A stretch of 64,000 nucleotides of DNA. Source: Eledone cirrhosa. Lineage: Eukaryota. The position numbers were made by a program, and so were the translations under genes. Within the stretch, counting starts at the first letter, position 1. Each line of letters opens with the position of its first letter. This document shows positions 34,776 through 49,474 of this stretch, one piece after another. The stretch is from contig OZ024745.1 in the NCBI GenBank assembly GCA_964016885.1, positions 114,948,001-115,012,000 on the forward strand, written 5' to 3'. The notes below the pieces were generated by a model. It was given only the letters and a program-made list of their open reading frames with translations. It searched no databases and was not told the DNA's origin.

Positions 34776-36099
34776 TATATATATACATCTACATACATAC
34801 ATATATATATATATACATCTACATACATACATATATATATATATACATCTACATACATACATATATATATATATATACATCTACATACATACATATATAT
34901 ATATATATACATCTACATACATACATATATATATATATACATCTACATACATACATATATATATATATACATCTACATACATACATATATATATATATAC
35001 ATCTACATACATACATATATATATATATACATCTACATACATACATATATATATATATACATCTACATACATACATATATATATATACATCTACATACAT
35101 ACATATATATATATACATCTACATACATACATATATATATATACATCTACATACATACATATATATATATACATCTACATACATACATATATATATATAC
35201 ATCTACATACATACATATATATATATACATCTACATACATACATATATATATACATCTACATACATACATATATATATACACATCTACATACATACATAT
35301 ATATATACACATCTACATACATACATATATATATATACATCTACATACATACATATATATATACATCTACATACATACATATATATATACATCTACATAC
35401 ATACATATATATATACATCTACATACATACATATATATATACATCTACATACATATATATATACATCTACATACATACATATATATATATACATCTACAT
35501 ACATACATATATATATATACATCTACATACATACATATATATATATACATCTACATACATATATATATATACATCTACATACATACATATATATATATAC
35601 ATCTACATACATATATATACATCTACATACATATATATACATCTACATACATACATATATATATATACATCTACATACATACATATATATATATACATCT
35701 ACATACATACATATATATATATACATCTACATACATACATATATATACATCTACATACATACATATATATATATACATCTACATACATACATATATATAT
35801 ATACATCTACATACATACATATATATATATACATCTACATACATACATATATATATATACATCTACATACATACATATATATATATACATCTACATACAT
35901 ACATATATATATATACATCTACATACATACATATATATACATCTACATATATATATATACATCTACATACATATATATATATACATCTACATACATATAT
36001 ATATATACATCTACATATATACATCTACATACATACATCTACATATATATATATATATACACACATAAACATACATATATAAATATACATAGACACATA

Positions 36100-36161
<62 letters not shown>

Positions 36162-36470
36162 TCTATATATTTACATAGACATACATATGTATACATATAT
36201 ATGCATGTCTGTCTATGTGTTTGTATTGTTGATATGTGTATATATCAACAATACAAACACAGACATGCATATATAGATATATATACATGTATGTATATAT
36301 ATATATATATAAATATACATGAATATGCATGTAATATATACATAAATATATCATACATACACTTGCCTATATATACATAAACATATACATGTATATATAT
36401 ATATATATATATAAAGGCATAAACATACATATACATGCATATATATATATATACAGCCATAAACATACAT

Positions 36471-36606
36471 ATAATAATAATAATAATAATAATTGTTTCT
36501 ACTTTAGGCACAAGGCCAGCAATTATCCCAGTGTATTACTGGTACTTTATTTTATCGACCCCGTAAGGATGAAAGGCAAAGTTAACCTCGGCGGGATTTG
36601 AACTCA
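36471..36606 (-). mobile_element. SINE family A, 5'-truncated, at the right edge of the microsatellite field
   Basis: Reverse complement from B-box to tail; (AAT)n on both sides. Confidence 0.85.
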
Positions 36607-36721
36607 CAATAATAATAATAATAATACATGCATAAATATACATATACATATATACACACAAACATATATATACACACACAAACATATATATACACACACA
36701 AACATATATATACGCACACAA

Positions 36722-36764
<43 letters not shown>

Positions 36765-39206
36765 GATCTATAAACATATACATACATCTATAAATACATA
36801 TATACATACACACACATATACATACATACACACATACACAAACTATATATATATATTTATTTATACACATATACATACAGTGTATATGTGAGAGTGGTCT
36901 GTCTGTACGTCTCAGTGTTCTACGACGATCCACGTCGTACACAGAAATCCTGCGGTAGATATATATATATATATATATATGCTACGCATGAAGGAAGGAC
37001 TGAAATACTGTCAGAATTTGAAAAACACACCAAGTCCATACGATATAGATGGTGATGATATAGTTAAGAGTACTAATAATGATTTTAAACTCTTCTATTT
37101 AAACTTAAGTCAGCATCATCAACATACTCTTTACCTAAGTGCAACTCTGTGCATATACATTCGTATATACACAGACGTTTTATACACACATCTTTTCAAA
37201 ATAGTATGAACAACACAGCCCATCTCTACCCACCTCCCTTATAAATCTGAGGCTTTTTTTCCCAATATTTATGGGTGTGTACATACATTAAATTGATCTC
37301 CTCAACAAAGAAAGCGTGTGTGAGGGCATACACACACACATACATAATATATATATAGAGAGATAGAGATAGATATATATACATGCGTGTAAGTGTCATG
37401 TATGTTTGCATGTATATAATGATCCCTCAAAGAAAAAGCAAGAAATGTTACTTACACTTTATCAGTTATTTCACGTAATTTCCACATTTTAGTCTTCCAG
37501 GGTTAAATATTTTTTTAAAATATATTTTTCTTTGTTTTTAAAGGCTTGTTTTTAAAATGTTTTCTTATGTTTGACGTCGTTGCATATAAATATATTACAT
37601 TAATGTACTATATATGTAGGGATATGTGTTATTTATATGCTTGTAGTTTTATTATACGTCCGATACGCCTGGAAAAAAAAAGAAAACACTGTAGACGGGA
37701 GTTGGAGAAGAGGGAAAGAGAAGTGGAGAGAGGATATTATGAGTAGTAGCAACAATAAGAATGATAGTATGTGGTGGTAGCAGTAGTAAATTGTAGTAGC
37801 AATACTAATACTACTAGGTGCGTCTGACATTCATGATAGTTGTGGTGGTGGTAGTAGTAAGAGTAGTACGAATAATAACAATGAGAGAGGGAGAAATGTA
37901 GAGAGACAAGAAAGGTAGAGGAATTAACGGAAAGGGAAGATATAATCGAGAGAGAAAGGGTGATTAAGTAAAGGAATGAAGAAGAGTGGGAAGAGAAAAA
38001 TAGAATGCAAGGAGTTTGTAAAGGGAAATTAACACAGAAGAGTTCAGTCAGCTTTTTTGTAGGTGTGTCAAACTTGTCACCAACAACAATATTAGATATT
38101 AAAAAAAAAAAAGCTTGGTGTTCGTAGTTTTAAACAGGTGATAAGTTTTAACACTCATGTGTATACTTTAAACTATGAAAAAATAAAGGGTATATTTATA
38201 TGTAGTATTTCTTATGCTCTATATACATATATTTTACATTTAAATTTAAATATTTACCAATAAATCCTGCGTACGGAGTTTAACAGGCAATTAAAAAAAT
38301 AAACAATAATCCCCCAAAAGTTAATTTATCAATTTTCACTAACCTAAATTTACGTTTAAACACGTGTATATACTATTAAACCATAGTTATTTATAGACAG
38401 ACACGACACAACTACAGTTCAGATATACATCCGCCCCCCCCCCCCCCCCCCCCCCCCGATTTGTTTCCTTATATCTTTCTAAATGAATATTTTTCAATGA
38501 AATTTTACTGAAATACATTTTTGACGGTTAATATTACGATTATATTGAATTTTTAAATTTTTATTTCTATTTAGAATTGAAGAGTTGTAGAAATGTCATT
38601 ACGTTCCTGTATCACATATGATTAATATATCCTGATTGATATCCATTATCAACATAAAAATTGGTAGGCATGATGAAAAAATGTACAAGTTTACTTTTAG
38701 CCAACTGCGAATACGTATCAAAGGTATTTAATAAATGAAAGCTTTTTTGTTGTTTTTTAAATATTTTTAATTTCGTCAACACAATCATAATGTACACCTT
38801 AGAAAATGTAACACTTCTAAATTTAATTGAAACATACGTTAAGAAAGTTAGGAAGCAGTCAGGTTGATGAGGTTACGCTTTTCCCTTACAACAGAAGAAA
38901 CAACCGGTGAGGAGAGCCCTAAATTGTAGTTACGCCGAATAAAATTAAAAAAAGGATACTATTACTATTTTGTCCACAAAACACATACACACAATTTCTT
39001 CTATAGCAATGATTGTTAAATACTACACGTTAAGCGCGTGGATGTGTATGTCAAGTTAAACGTCACAGATGGATTAAAAAGAAACTGACACGAGGGGAGG
39101 GGTCGATAGAGAAGTACCGACCAGATAGCCACATTCCTATCATTTGTTAGAAGAGGATTAGTAACAATACAAATTCTCAAAGGTATTTGTACATACACAT
39201 GCATAT

Positions 39207-39470
39207 GGTGAAGACGCGTAGTCTAGTAGTTAGGGTGTTGGACTTGTGATCATAATGTTGTGGGATCGATTCCTGGCCCGGGTTGTGTCTTGTGTTCTTC
39301 ACAAAAAGCGTCATTTTACATTAGTCAATATACTTAGTTTAAAAATGTGTACCTGCAATTTAACCCAACAATGCACTGGCGCCCTGTCCAAGGGAGGAGG
39401 TGTCTTGTGCTCTCAGTTACTTATCGCCACGGAAACTGGGATAAGCATCCGGGCTCGAGACAGACTATAG
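39207..39470 (+). mobile_element. Second tRNA-headed SINE family (B), diverged
   Basis: GCGTAGTCTAGTAGTTAGGGTGTTGGAC...GGGATCGATTCC head. Related minus-strand copies at ~2895-3125, ~6660-6908 and ~57865-58003. Confidence 0.65.
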
Positions 39471-39789
39471 ACTTCATAGTCCAGAATTGACATGCCATAT
39501 ATACCAAGATAACCGGATATATGAACAATCGTACAAACTGGAAATTTGCATTTTAATAAATTAATGGCTTGCATACTTCCAAGAATTTGATTCATACACG
39601 ATTTTCAACACCGACTTGATACCTTATTAATAAAAGATAAACTATCATACAATAATCAATTATATAAATATCCTTGCAAGCAGGGAAAAGCGGACGTAAA
39701 ATGATGATGATGATGATGATTTCACATAAAAATATAAAATCAAAATGAAAGAAAATATTAATTCAACACTAAATAAAGATTTTCAATCG

Positions 39790-40320
39790 GTCACACACTG
39801 CGACGGGTGCCAGAGCCTCCCTTTAATACTTTTTGAGGCAAGCCAATACACTGGCAGCATTACTGCAGGTAATAACAAGGCTAAGGCTCTGGAACAACTA
39901 AGCACCCTCACAGGCATCACTGGATACCTCAGTAAGGCCGTGGAAAAGAACAAAAGAGTCATTGATAGTGGTGTCCCAAATGAGACATCTACCTCTTACC
40001 AAGGGATAAAAGGTAAGATCCATCTGGTCTCTCCCTATCAACTCTAGACAATCCAGCTGACTCCAGAATTGAGGGGATATTTATCTCAGCCAGGGTCTGC
40101 TTAATAATTAATTTTTGATCAGTATGGCAAGCGAAGCAACATGCATTAAGCAGCAAGACAGACCATGAAGATCTGTAGAATCAAGGAGCCTACCACAGTG
40201 ACATTTCAGTATCCCACAAATATTGGCTCCCACTCTGAGTGCAATGGAGATGTGGAGCTCATCCAAGCAGAGTAGACCACTGATGCGGGTCATGAGCATC
40301 AACCTAGTTCCCCAAGAATT
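39790..40320 (-). mobile_element. Degraded copy of the CRE-like family
   Basis: LDELHISIALRVGANICGILKCHCGRLLDSTDLHGLSCC, colinear with the 51.6-52.2 kb copy. Further relics at ~6940-7182 (-), ~44590-44886 (+) and ~52700-52775 (+). Confidence 0.72.
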
Positions 40321-40702
40321 TTGCACTTACAGAATGTAGGTGGCACCTTGAGAATTGAATTTAATTCAGAAATTATTGTAAGAATATGACTGCTATAGGA
40401 AATGCATTGTGTGTGTGTGAATGTAAATTTTAAAGAGTCACAGACAAAGGTGTTTATATATAAATATGCAAACACACATGGCACATTGTTGTGGGTGATA
40501 TATACATTAAAATGTGTGTCAAAAAATAACATAGTATTCAAAACATTTAAACAGTAATTGATTGAGTTTTCAATTCAGTTGATTAGAGTATAAATTTTTA
40601 ATTAAAAAAATGACAATGAATTCAAACTTTCAGCTTGATCCATTCATCTGACAGCCAGATGAATCAACCAAACTGAAACTTTGAATTCACTGCCACTTTT
40701 CC

Positions 40703-40748
<46 letters not shown>

Positions 40749-40959
40749 ATAATAATAATTAATAGAATTAGTAGTCATATGAACAACCATAGAAACAATA
40801 GCCATGGCAAACCTAAAAGCCCCACTGATAAAGGGAAGAGAACTACTAACAACAGTAATGTAAACATACATACTAGTAGTAATCATTTACACAGTGGCTG
40901 AACTAAATGGCACTTGGAGGGACAACAGAGGAGCTACCAGAAAGACACCACTGCCGACA

Positions 40960-41432
40960 TCATGCCAAACCCCAAGAGAAGGGAGCTCATTAGACCAGGG
41001 AGAACCTGCAATAGACAAGTAATTTGGTTTAGTCCAGACCAACTCACCCAGAATATTCTTTTAGGCTCTGGACAGGTGGTTCCCTCCAACACACAATTAG
41101 CACCAATTTTTTAACAGACAAAACTGTCAAGTTTTCATCCTCCACATTGCCTAGCCTGGCTGACATTATAACAACCATCAACAACAGGAAGATAAGGGAA
41201 TACCAGAAAGATAACAACAACAGCAAGAGATAGGACAACAGTTGCTGAGAAACAGGATTATCCCACAATGCCCATCAACACAATAGCCAAACCACCATGC
41301 AATGCAAAGGTAGCAACATGAAGACAGGATATTTGTAACCCTAGGAAATCCAAGAGGCAGGACTTGCAATTGCAGAACCCTTAGTAAGCACTCACCGGAC
41401 AACAAGTACCTAACATCTGGCATTGTATACCT
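40960..41432 (+). mobile_element. Degraded Penelope-like RT-EN linker fragment
   Basis: Relic peptides RQVIWFSP, WFPPTHN*HQFFNR, VKFSSSTLPSLADII and TCNCRTLSKHSPDNKYLTSGIVY resemble the PLE linker (IIWFNPP...FNRNTVKVSYSCMPN...CNC...CL..IVY). Confidence 0.62.
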
Positions 41433-41505
41433 AATAATTTCTGTATGATGTTTCATTTGAAAAGAAGATCTCTACCTTGAAATATCATCAAGGAATATAT
41501 TAGTA

Positions 41506-42336
41506 TACAAGGTGTGTTAGAAAAGAAATATGACTGGGGTTGCCAAAATAAAAATATATATATTTCCAATCCAAACTACAAACTAAAAGTCTTCGAAATA
41601 ATCCCCCTTGAGTCTAACGCACTTTCCCTTATCTGTCATCACTCCTTGTACTCCTGAAATTCCCCACAGCTCCGTCTTCACGGCCCCTTTGGTGGCTTCC
41701 ACGTCTGGAAAACAGGTCCCCTTGATGACCTCTTGAGCTTGGGGAAAAGGAAAAAGTCTGGTTCAGTTTCAAGATGCAAGAGGATGTCCAGACACACCTG
41801 CAAGTGCTGCTCCTTCTAGTCATTGTTCAGTAGCTTCAGCACCATCTTTGCACAGATCTTCTGCATGCCCAAATCTCTTTGGTGATAATCTTCCAAAGGC
41901 TTTCACAGTTCATGCCCAGCTCATCTGTGATCAGTTAGACCGCCTGCTTCACATGCTCAGCATTGACCTTGGTCTCTACTTTGGGGGTTGCCTTCCATGT
42001 CCTCACATCCCTCTTGGAACCTTTTGTACCACTTGAAAATCTGTGAGTGTGACATTGTCTCATCTCTGCACACTTGCTGCAGTATTCTAAGTGGTTCTGA
42101 TGGGGTTTTCCCAAGCCTGACCAGAAACATCAGGTTGGTTTATTGCTCGATGGTCTAAAGTTGAGGAGCTGTTAATAAAAGCATGTGAAAAAACATACAA
42201 TGGCTGCAGACAGCTGAGACCACAGTTATGTACTCCCCTGATATTATGTCACACGGTGATGCAACCCACTAATCCCTACCTCACTCATAGCTCACACAGC
42301 ACACTAAGCCTGGTTACTTTTCTGACACACCCTATA
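41506..42336 (-). mobile_element. Internally deleted mariner transposon
   Basis: Imperfect TIRs (TACAAGGTGTGTTAGAAAAG / CTTTTCTGACACACCCTATA) flanked by TA. Minus-strand relics PDFFLFPKLK and KCVRLKGDYFE are typical of the mariner transposase C-terminus. Confidence 0.75.
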
Positions 42337-42561
42337 TACTGTAAATCACTACTGGTGAACCAATGAGTTGGCGTAATTAAATAAGGTAATGAAACACACA
42401 TATTCATGTTATGTAATTGTTGTAGTGATTTAATTTAAGTTTCTCTCTCTCCCTCTCTCAGGCCCCGACTCTTTCTAATATAGTCACACTTTACTATCCC
42501 AAGTATCAAGTACTCTGTTGAATAATGGTCTAATTAGTTTAATACTAGTTTCATCCTGATA

Positions 42562-42610
<49 letters not shown>

Positions 42611-42860
42611 GACAGTCAGCTGGAAAGTTCATAAGCTGAGATACTCCCATGGAATGACCAAATGAGATTTATGTTTCAATTTATTGCCTGGAAAGAAATA
42701 ATGCAGTTGTTAATAAGGAGAGATGAAATTAATGTATGCAAGATTTCACAGCACTAGGATCACTCCTTCATGAACTTTTCAAATATATATTTATTGTTAA
42801 TTTTCCTAAGTTTATTATTACTAATCTATGACGAACGTATTATCTCTTCTCCCCCCCCCC

Positions 42861-42913
<53 letters not shown>

Positions 42914-43091
42914 AGTATAATATATATATATGTGTGTGTGTGAGTATATGTGGTTGGTGTTAGGAAGGGCATCCAGCCGTAGAAAACCAGCTGAAAACAT
43001 ATATCTCTTCCTGCTATATCAAGCGTTAACCTAATATATACCTTCCATATACTGTACCGATTGTGTTGTTATTTCTGTTTACCTTTTACAT

Positions 43092-43197
<106 letters not shown>

Positions 43198-43760
43198 ATC
43201 ATCATCAACATTTTATGCCTGTTTTTCCATAGTGGCAAGAGTTAGATAGGTCATAATGGACCAAGTCAATATTTAATCCCTGTCTTCCTAGACATATCAG
43301 GGACCTCATTTGATTTGATACATTCCTTTTTGACATGGTTTCTATATTTGGATACCCTTCTTAATTGCTGCCATTGTACAGTGTACTGGGACACATTCTC
43401 AAGTGTCACCAGCACTAGACAGGTTCATAATAATATAACCCCCCCACCCCCCAAACACACACACACACACAAAAATTGATTCTAGAGAGATTGTCTTATC
43501 CTTCATGTAACTGAATACTTCTCTCTACTTATTTAGGCATTCTTTCTACATCTCAATGCCCTTTCTAACATGAACTCCCTTTACAGAATGTACTAGGTCC
43601 ATTTTATCATGGCACCAGCACGAGAGAGATTATCATGTCCTTGACGTGACTGTAGAACCCTCTCTATCCATTATATATACATAGTCACGCATGCACACAT
43701 ATATATACCTTTCACTGGTGCTAGCAAGACAAGCAATCATTGAATTAATGTAGACGGGTA

Positions 43761-44080
43761 TGTAGCAGTGAATAAAATGTATTTTCCTTCTGCGGCGGAA
43801 TGGTGTTACGGAGGTAAGTTGGCTGAAGTGTGAGCCAATCAAAACCTTCAGTGCACTAATTGGACTGTCCAGAACTACGTCACCAGGTGAGCGGAGGTGA
43901 CCAAGAGAGACATTAGTCTACACGCACCTCTCTTATCGACAAGACCAGGCTACACTCATCGCTGCTAACAACATCTCCATCTTGCAATGAAGCGGACCAA
44001 ACTACGTCCTACACATGTAGATACGACCTGTACCTAATGTATCCGTTCAACATGTACGACTAATAAATAGAGTTACAACA
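43761..44080 (+). mobile_element. Possible solo LTR
   Basis: TGT start (43761 or 43804), ...AATAAATAGAGTTACAACA end, CCAAT inside; no TSD found. Confidence 0.3.
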
Positions 44081-47027
44081 TCGATAATGGATTTAGTCAA
44101 TGTTCTAAATGCCTTCTGATTTCTATTATGTATACCAAGAATTGACCCTAAAACCCGTTATAGGTACTCCTGCTAAACCCCCACCGCCATTTATTGCTGT
44201 ATTTGTTACACTTCCACTCCTATGACCTAGGTATTCTGTTCATCGTACCACACCACTATATATTGAGGGATTGCATTTGATTTATCTATATTAAATCTTT
44301 CAGCCATCAAACACTATCATTATTCCCTATCAGTATCACTCTACTTCCCTTTCATCTACTTCTCTAGCTCTTTTCCATCTCATGTTATTATGTCATGAGG
44401 GAAAGCATTCATTCTGTCTATATTCAAGGCGTTTGATCGTCATCTTTACTGCTTACCATATCTCTCTCTCTCTCTCTCTCTCTCCCACACCATCTACTGA
44501 TAATTATCATTCTCTCTCTTCCGCTTGACTCTTGGTTGACATCTATCACTCTCACCACCTGTCATTCACTCTAAGAATAAGAGAACCTCTGTAGACTGTG
44601 GGAATGTTAACACGATGCAAGTCCTACAACCCATCTAGGAAATCAGTAGTTCCAATTAAGTACTGAAATGCTAGACTTTTGGGGGAGCTGGGTCGCTGAC
44701 AGAGAAGTTCTTGTTATTGTCAGCAGCTCACCTTACCAAAGTGCCAGGTGATGCCCGTGAGGGTGCTTGATTGTTTTAGCGCCTTAGCTGCACCACCACC
44801 CACGGTAATGTTGCGAGCGTGTTGGTGGGCCTCAAAAAGTATTAGAGGCAGGTTTCGATGCCCGTTGTGGTGTGTGACCGATTAACGGACATATCCCGCT
44901 GTCCAGCTCTCCTAAGAGTTTCTTACCACCACTATATATAAATATATCATCATCAATATTTAACGTCCATTTTTCCTATCAAAGCTCTAGCCTGCTGTCA
45001 CAGACCACTCAGTACTCAACCCACTGGCTTGGAGGTGTACCAGGGAGCTGATATACTGAGTGCATTGCATAAAGCTGTAATGTGTTTTTTATTCTTTGTA
45101 CGGACAAGGAATAAGGGGAGACTACTCATAGTCATTATTTATTTAATTTCTCACAAACGTGAAATACGACGTTATGTAATACGACGTTATGTGTCGATCA
45201 AACCGGTGATTTGGAGAATCTCTCTCAGCGCCTTCAATATCAAAAACAGCAGGTCACAACCCGCTGTCACGTAACAACACACTAAACTCTCCTCTACTGA
45301 ATTAATTGCTACTATCTCCTCTGTCTCGTTCTTTATTACTCAATCACTGCATCTATTTATTCCTTGAATGGTAGTATTAATATAGAGAAGTGTTTTCAAC
45401 TCACGATCGTATAACCGTGAGTTCGATTATTTCGCATTACCACTCAGTTGGTAAAAATGAGTTGTACCTATAAAATTGAAAAAGGGCCAGCCTTGTAGGA
45501 CACAGTGAAACGCTGAATCTCCTTGGAAACTATGTTATAGGTACTCGTATCTATAAAATGCTCAACCCCTTGCCCGCTAATTTCACGAGCAGGCTTTTCC
45601 GTTGACCAAACAACTGAAACATTCGTCATCGGAATCGACGGAAATCCAACAAACAATTAATACTGCAGAACAATAATCTCTCTCCCTTTTTTCTTTCTTA
45701 CAAATACGTGTGTGGAACTGATTGGTGTTTTCCGTATCCTGATTATTTACACATTTTTCTGCTTCCGGTTCTCCTAAAGTTGTCGATGTGGCTACTGTTA
45801 TCTGGCACGTGACCTAGGAAGTTATCGAATTTACCACCAACGATCACACGTACACGTATATATTTTAACGTCATTCTAAGTTTGTTTTAATATCATAGAT
45901 TACATACAAATAAATACAATTTATATTTAAAAAATAAAATGAAAATGTTGGTGAAGAAAGTCACACTCGACCACACATCATAACAATGAGCACTGGAGTT
46001 CCCTCTAATGATTTTTTTAAGCAAGTCACACTCGTAGCCATGGGGAGGTTGATAGCGGGACTAAGAGGCTGAAATTACCAAGCGCCTTCTTGAACATCAC
46101 CTGATATATCGGTATGGTGAGCCACCATCAATTCAAGAAATTGTCAGTATTTCTCGCATTTACTTACACATACTAAAATTATATAAACAAAGTTTAAACA
46201 CTGAAAACTATCCATCTATTTAGTACACTGTTCTCCTTGCTTGTATCTCTTTATGAACAAACAAAAACAGGGGCGGTGAAATCATTTCTGAATGGTGGTG
46301 GTGGTGGGTGCAAATTTGGTCAATTTAGTTGTAGTGATTAGTTTAGCTGTTATCAAATATCAACGAAGATATAAAAAAAAACTTCGATATGCGATAAACA
46401 AAACATGTGCTTAGATTGTAGCGCATATACAAATGGATGTGTGTTTTGGTAGTTTGGGGAGAAAAATATAATTATCGAGGCGGGATGGGGCATCCACCCC
46501 CTGAAAAATGGTCCATGCACTCGACCAGCATCCATTAGATGTGGAGTTAGATTTCGTGCCACCACTACTACCACCTTACAGGGTAGACTGAATGCTTTGA
46601 CACCTGTCTGCACAATCTCTATCGACCAAAATTCACTCATGATAATGATGATTTGTGCAGAAAGTGGCATAAGTAAATAGTAAACAGAAATGTAAAACAG
46701 AACTACATGGTGGGATATAGTCAAACATTGTCAGAACCAGAATGCCGGGCCAGATATTTCAAAGTGTTAAACTATTACATATATGACAACATCCCATTTT
46801 CCTTGCGCTAGAAATGTAGGAAATATAAATAGATAGATTCAAATAAACAAACACCACACTACCACCACATATTTTAAATTCCTGTCAAATAATTCAACAA
46901 AAGCATACCACCCCCAAAAAGCTCTCCTCCACACCCCAAGGGTTCAAAAGGTGGGGGAGGGGATGGAGAACTTTGTCGCTGTTTACAGATGAAAACATTT
47001 GTTGCTTCAAAGTAAAAAATATTGTCG

Positions 47028-47868
47028 TGGGATATAGAGAGTGAGAGAATTTGGTGGTTTAGTGAGAGGGTATTGTGAGAGTGAGGTATATAATGGAATA
47101 TAGAGAGGGGGAGAGAATTTGTTGGTCTAGTGAGAGAGGGGGCATTGTGAAAAAGAGTGAGGTATGTAGTGGGATATAGAGAGTAGGAGAGTGTTTGTTG
47201 GTTTAGTGAGAGAGGGGGAATTAAGAGAGTGAGTTATCTAACGGTGGTCTAGTGAGAGGGGGGAATTGTGAAAGAGTGTGGGTTATAGAGAGGGGTGAGA
47301 GTTTATAGGCCTAGTGAGAGTGGGGTATTGTGAGAGTCAGAGAGTGAGGTGTGTAGTGGAATTTAGAGAGGTAGAGAGAATTTGGTGGTCTAGTTAGAGA
47401 GAGGGGGTTGTGAGTGAGAGTGAGATTTGTAGTGCAATAAAGAGAGCGGGAGAGTATGTGTTGGTTTAGTGAGAGAGGGGGAATTAAGAGAGTGAAAGAG
47501 AGAGAGTAATGTAGTGGAATATAGAGAGGGGAAATAATTTGGTCTAGTGAGAGAAGGGGGAATTGTGAGAGAGAGTGAGGTATATAGTGGTATAGAGTGA
47601 GGGGAAGAGAATTTGTTGGTTTAGTGAGAGAGGGGGAATTAAGAGAGTACGATATGTAGTGGAATATAGAGAGGGGGAAAGAATTTGGTGGTCTAGTGAG
47701 AGAGGGTAAATTGTGAGAGAGTGAGGTATGTAGTGGCATAGAGTGAGGGAGAGGGAGTTTGATGGTTTAGTGAGAGAGGGGGAATTAAGGGAGTGAGAGA
47801 GCGTGAGATATGTAGTGGTATACAGAGAGGGGGAGAGAATGTGTTCGTTTAGTGAGAGAGGGGAATGA
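47028..47868. repeat. Purine-rich minisatellite, ~70-85 bp unit, ~11 degenerate copies
   Basis: Recurrent TTGGTGGTYTAGTGAGAGAGGGGGAATT...GTGAGGTATGTAGTGGAATATAGAGAGG; almost no C on +. Confidence 0.88.
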
Positions 47869-48077
47869 AGATAATTATTACCCGATATAATACCGAAAAT
47901 AAGATGGATTTTAGTAATATATTTTTATAATTTACTGTACTTTTTATTTTCTATTTATTATAATCAAACTTTAATTCATATTTTTGACTGATATGATTAC
48001 ATTCATGCATTGGATTAATAAAGGAGGGTTTTACGGTATTATTTATAAATACTGTAATGGTTTTATGTTTTGAACTG

Positions 48078-48297
48078 ATAATAATGGTTTCTTATATAGG
48101 CACAAGGCCAGTAATTTGGGGGGAGGGGAAAGTCGATTAAATCGACCCCAGTGCGTGACTGGTACTTTATTTTATCGACCCCATAAGGATGAAAGGCAAA
48201 GTTAACCTCGGCGGGATTTGAACTCAGATCATAAAGAGCCGCAACTCTATGCTGCAAAGCATAGCGTCCGACCCTCTACCGATACTGCCAATCCACC
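48078..48297 (-). mobile_element. SINE family A, near full length (variant with ~25-bp insert)
   Basis: Reverse complement of the 59228-59427 sequence plus a GGGGTCGATTTAATCGACTTTCCCC insert. Confidence 0.88.
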
Positions 48298-48330
48298 ATA
48301 CTACTTATGAGTTTCAACGTTTTATTACTT

Positions 48331-48513
48331 TTGGCAGTATCGGTAGAGGGTCGGACGCCATGCTTTGACGCATAGAGTTACGGCCTTTGCCATTCTGAGT
48401 TCAAATCCCGCCGAGGTTAACTTTGCCTTTCATCCTTACGGGGTCGATAAAATAAAGTACCAGTAATGCACTGGGTAATTGCAGGCCTTGTGCCAAACGC
48501 AGAAACAATTATT
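48331..48513 (+). mobile_element. SINE family A, head-to-head with the 48078-48297 copy
   Basis: Same A/B boxes, core and tail. Confidence 0.88.
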
Positions 48514-48544
48514 TTCTAATATCGGGATTGAAATTGACTGGCAG

Positions 48545-48648
48545 TCAAAATACCGGTAGTTAAATTACCGGGGCCAAAATACCGGTAGTTAAATTTCCGG
48601 GGTCAAAATACCGGGAGTGAAATTACCAGGATTCAAATTACCGGCCAC
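48545..48648. repeat. ~14-15 bp tandem repeat AAA(T)TACCGG-NNNN, ~7 units
   Basis: Read directly. Confidence 0.8.
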
Positions 48649-48743
48649 TGTTCCTCTGATAGTATCAACTGGAACATTTGTAGTCGTAACCGACTCCATT
48701 TATATGTATGTTTATATATATATACATATGTGTATGCCTGTGT

Positions 48744-48783
<40 letters not shown>

Positions 48784-48802
48784 CTCTCACCCTCTCTTTA
48801 TA

Positions 48803-48877
48803 TATAGGATGTCCCAAAGAAATATATAGATACTGATTAGAATGGTGTTGAAGTGTGTATATATTTTTGGGGACACC

Positions 48878-48882
<5 letters not shown>
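48803..48882. mobile_element. Tiny Tc1/mariner-type MITE (~80 bp)
   Basis: TATAGGATGTCCCAAAGAAATATATA ... TATATATTTTTGGGGACACCCTGTA imperfect TIRs within (TA)n. Confidence 0.55.
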
Positions 48883-48934
<52 letters not shown>

Positions 48935-49474
48935 TATATATATAGTATTATTCTGAAATGCACATACTAATTTACATATAATTAGCACTTATGTTGGTAA
49001 TTAATTAAGATATATAGAAAGAAGTGTGCTTATGATAAAGTTATATCTGTATAAATACAGACTGCACCAACGTGTATATATAAAGATATATATCTAATAT
49101 ATATTTATACACACTCTGTATTTATACAGATATAATTTAATCAAAAACTTCAGCTGCTAGCGCACTTCTTACTAGATGTGTGCGTTTGTACGTATATATT
49201 TTAAATATATGTGTATTATATATTATGATTCATACACATAACATTATTGTGTTACATACACGTAACATGGATTGTTCTATCTGAGGTTTGGCAGCAATTG
49301 CTGACATTACATGGTGGTGCAGAATGTTTGAAAAGCAGTGCATGACTTAGACCTATTTCATCAGGTCTTGGGTAAATGTTTGAATGAGACTTCATTATAC
49401 AGTTGCGTGTGAGAAGGGGCAATAACCTGGAAAATCTGTTGATTCATTTTCTAAGGGAGACGACTCTTTAAATG

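Larger units (their letters stand above)
28859..36470. repeat. CATCT(A/C)CATA(CATA)(TA)n minisatellite, interrupted by element copy 6 and the long CR1 copy
   Basis: Read directly; the same unit occurs on both sides of each insert. Confidence 0.97.

Noticed and set aside
37440-37460. Minus-strand splice donor (GT|GTAAGT) of an unseen gene
   Set aside because: Isolated motif with no linked coding exon; expected by chance.
38434-38457. C24 homopolymer (also G runs near 2164 and 5686)
   Set aside because: Simple homopolymers with no supporting context, and lengths are unreliable in assemblies.
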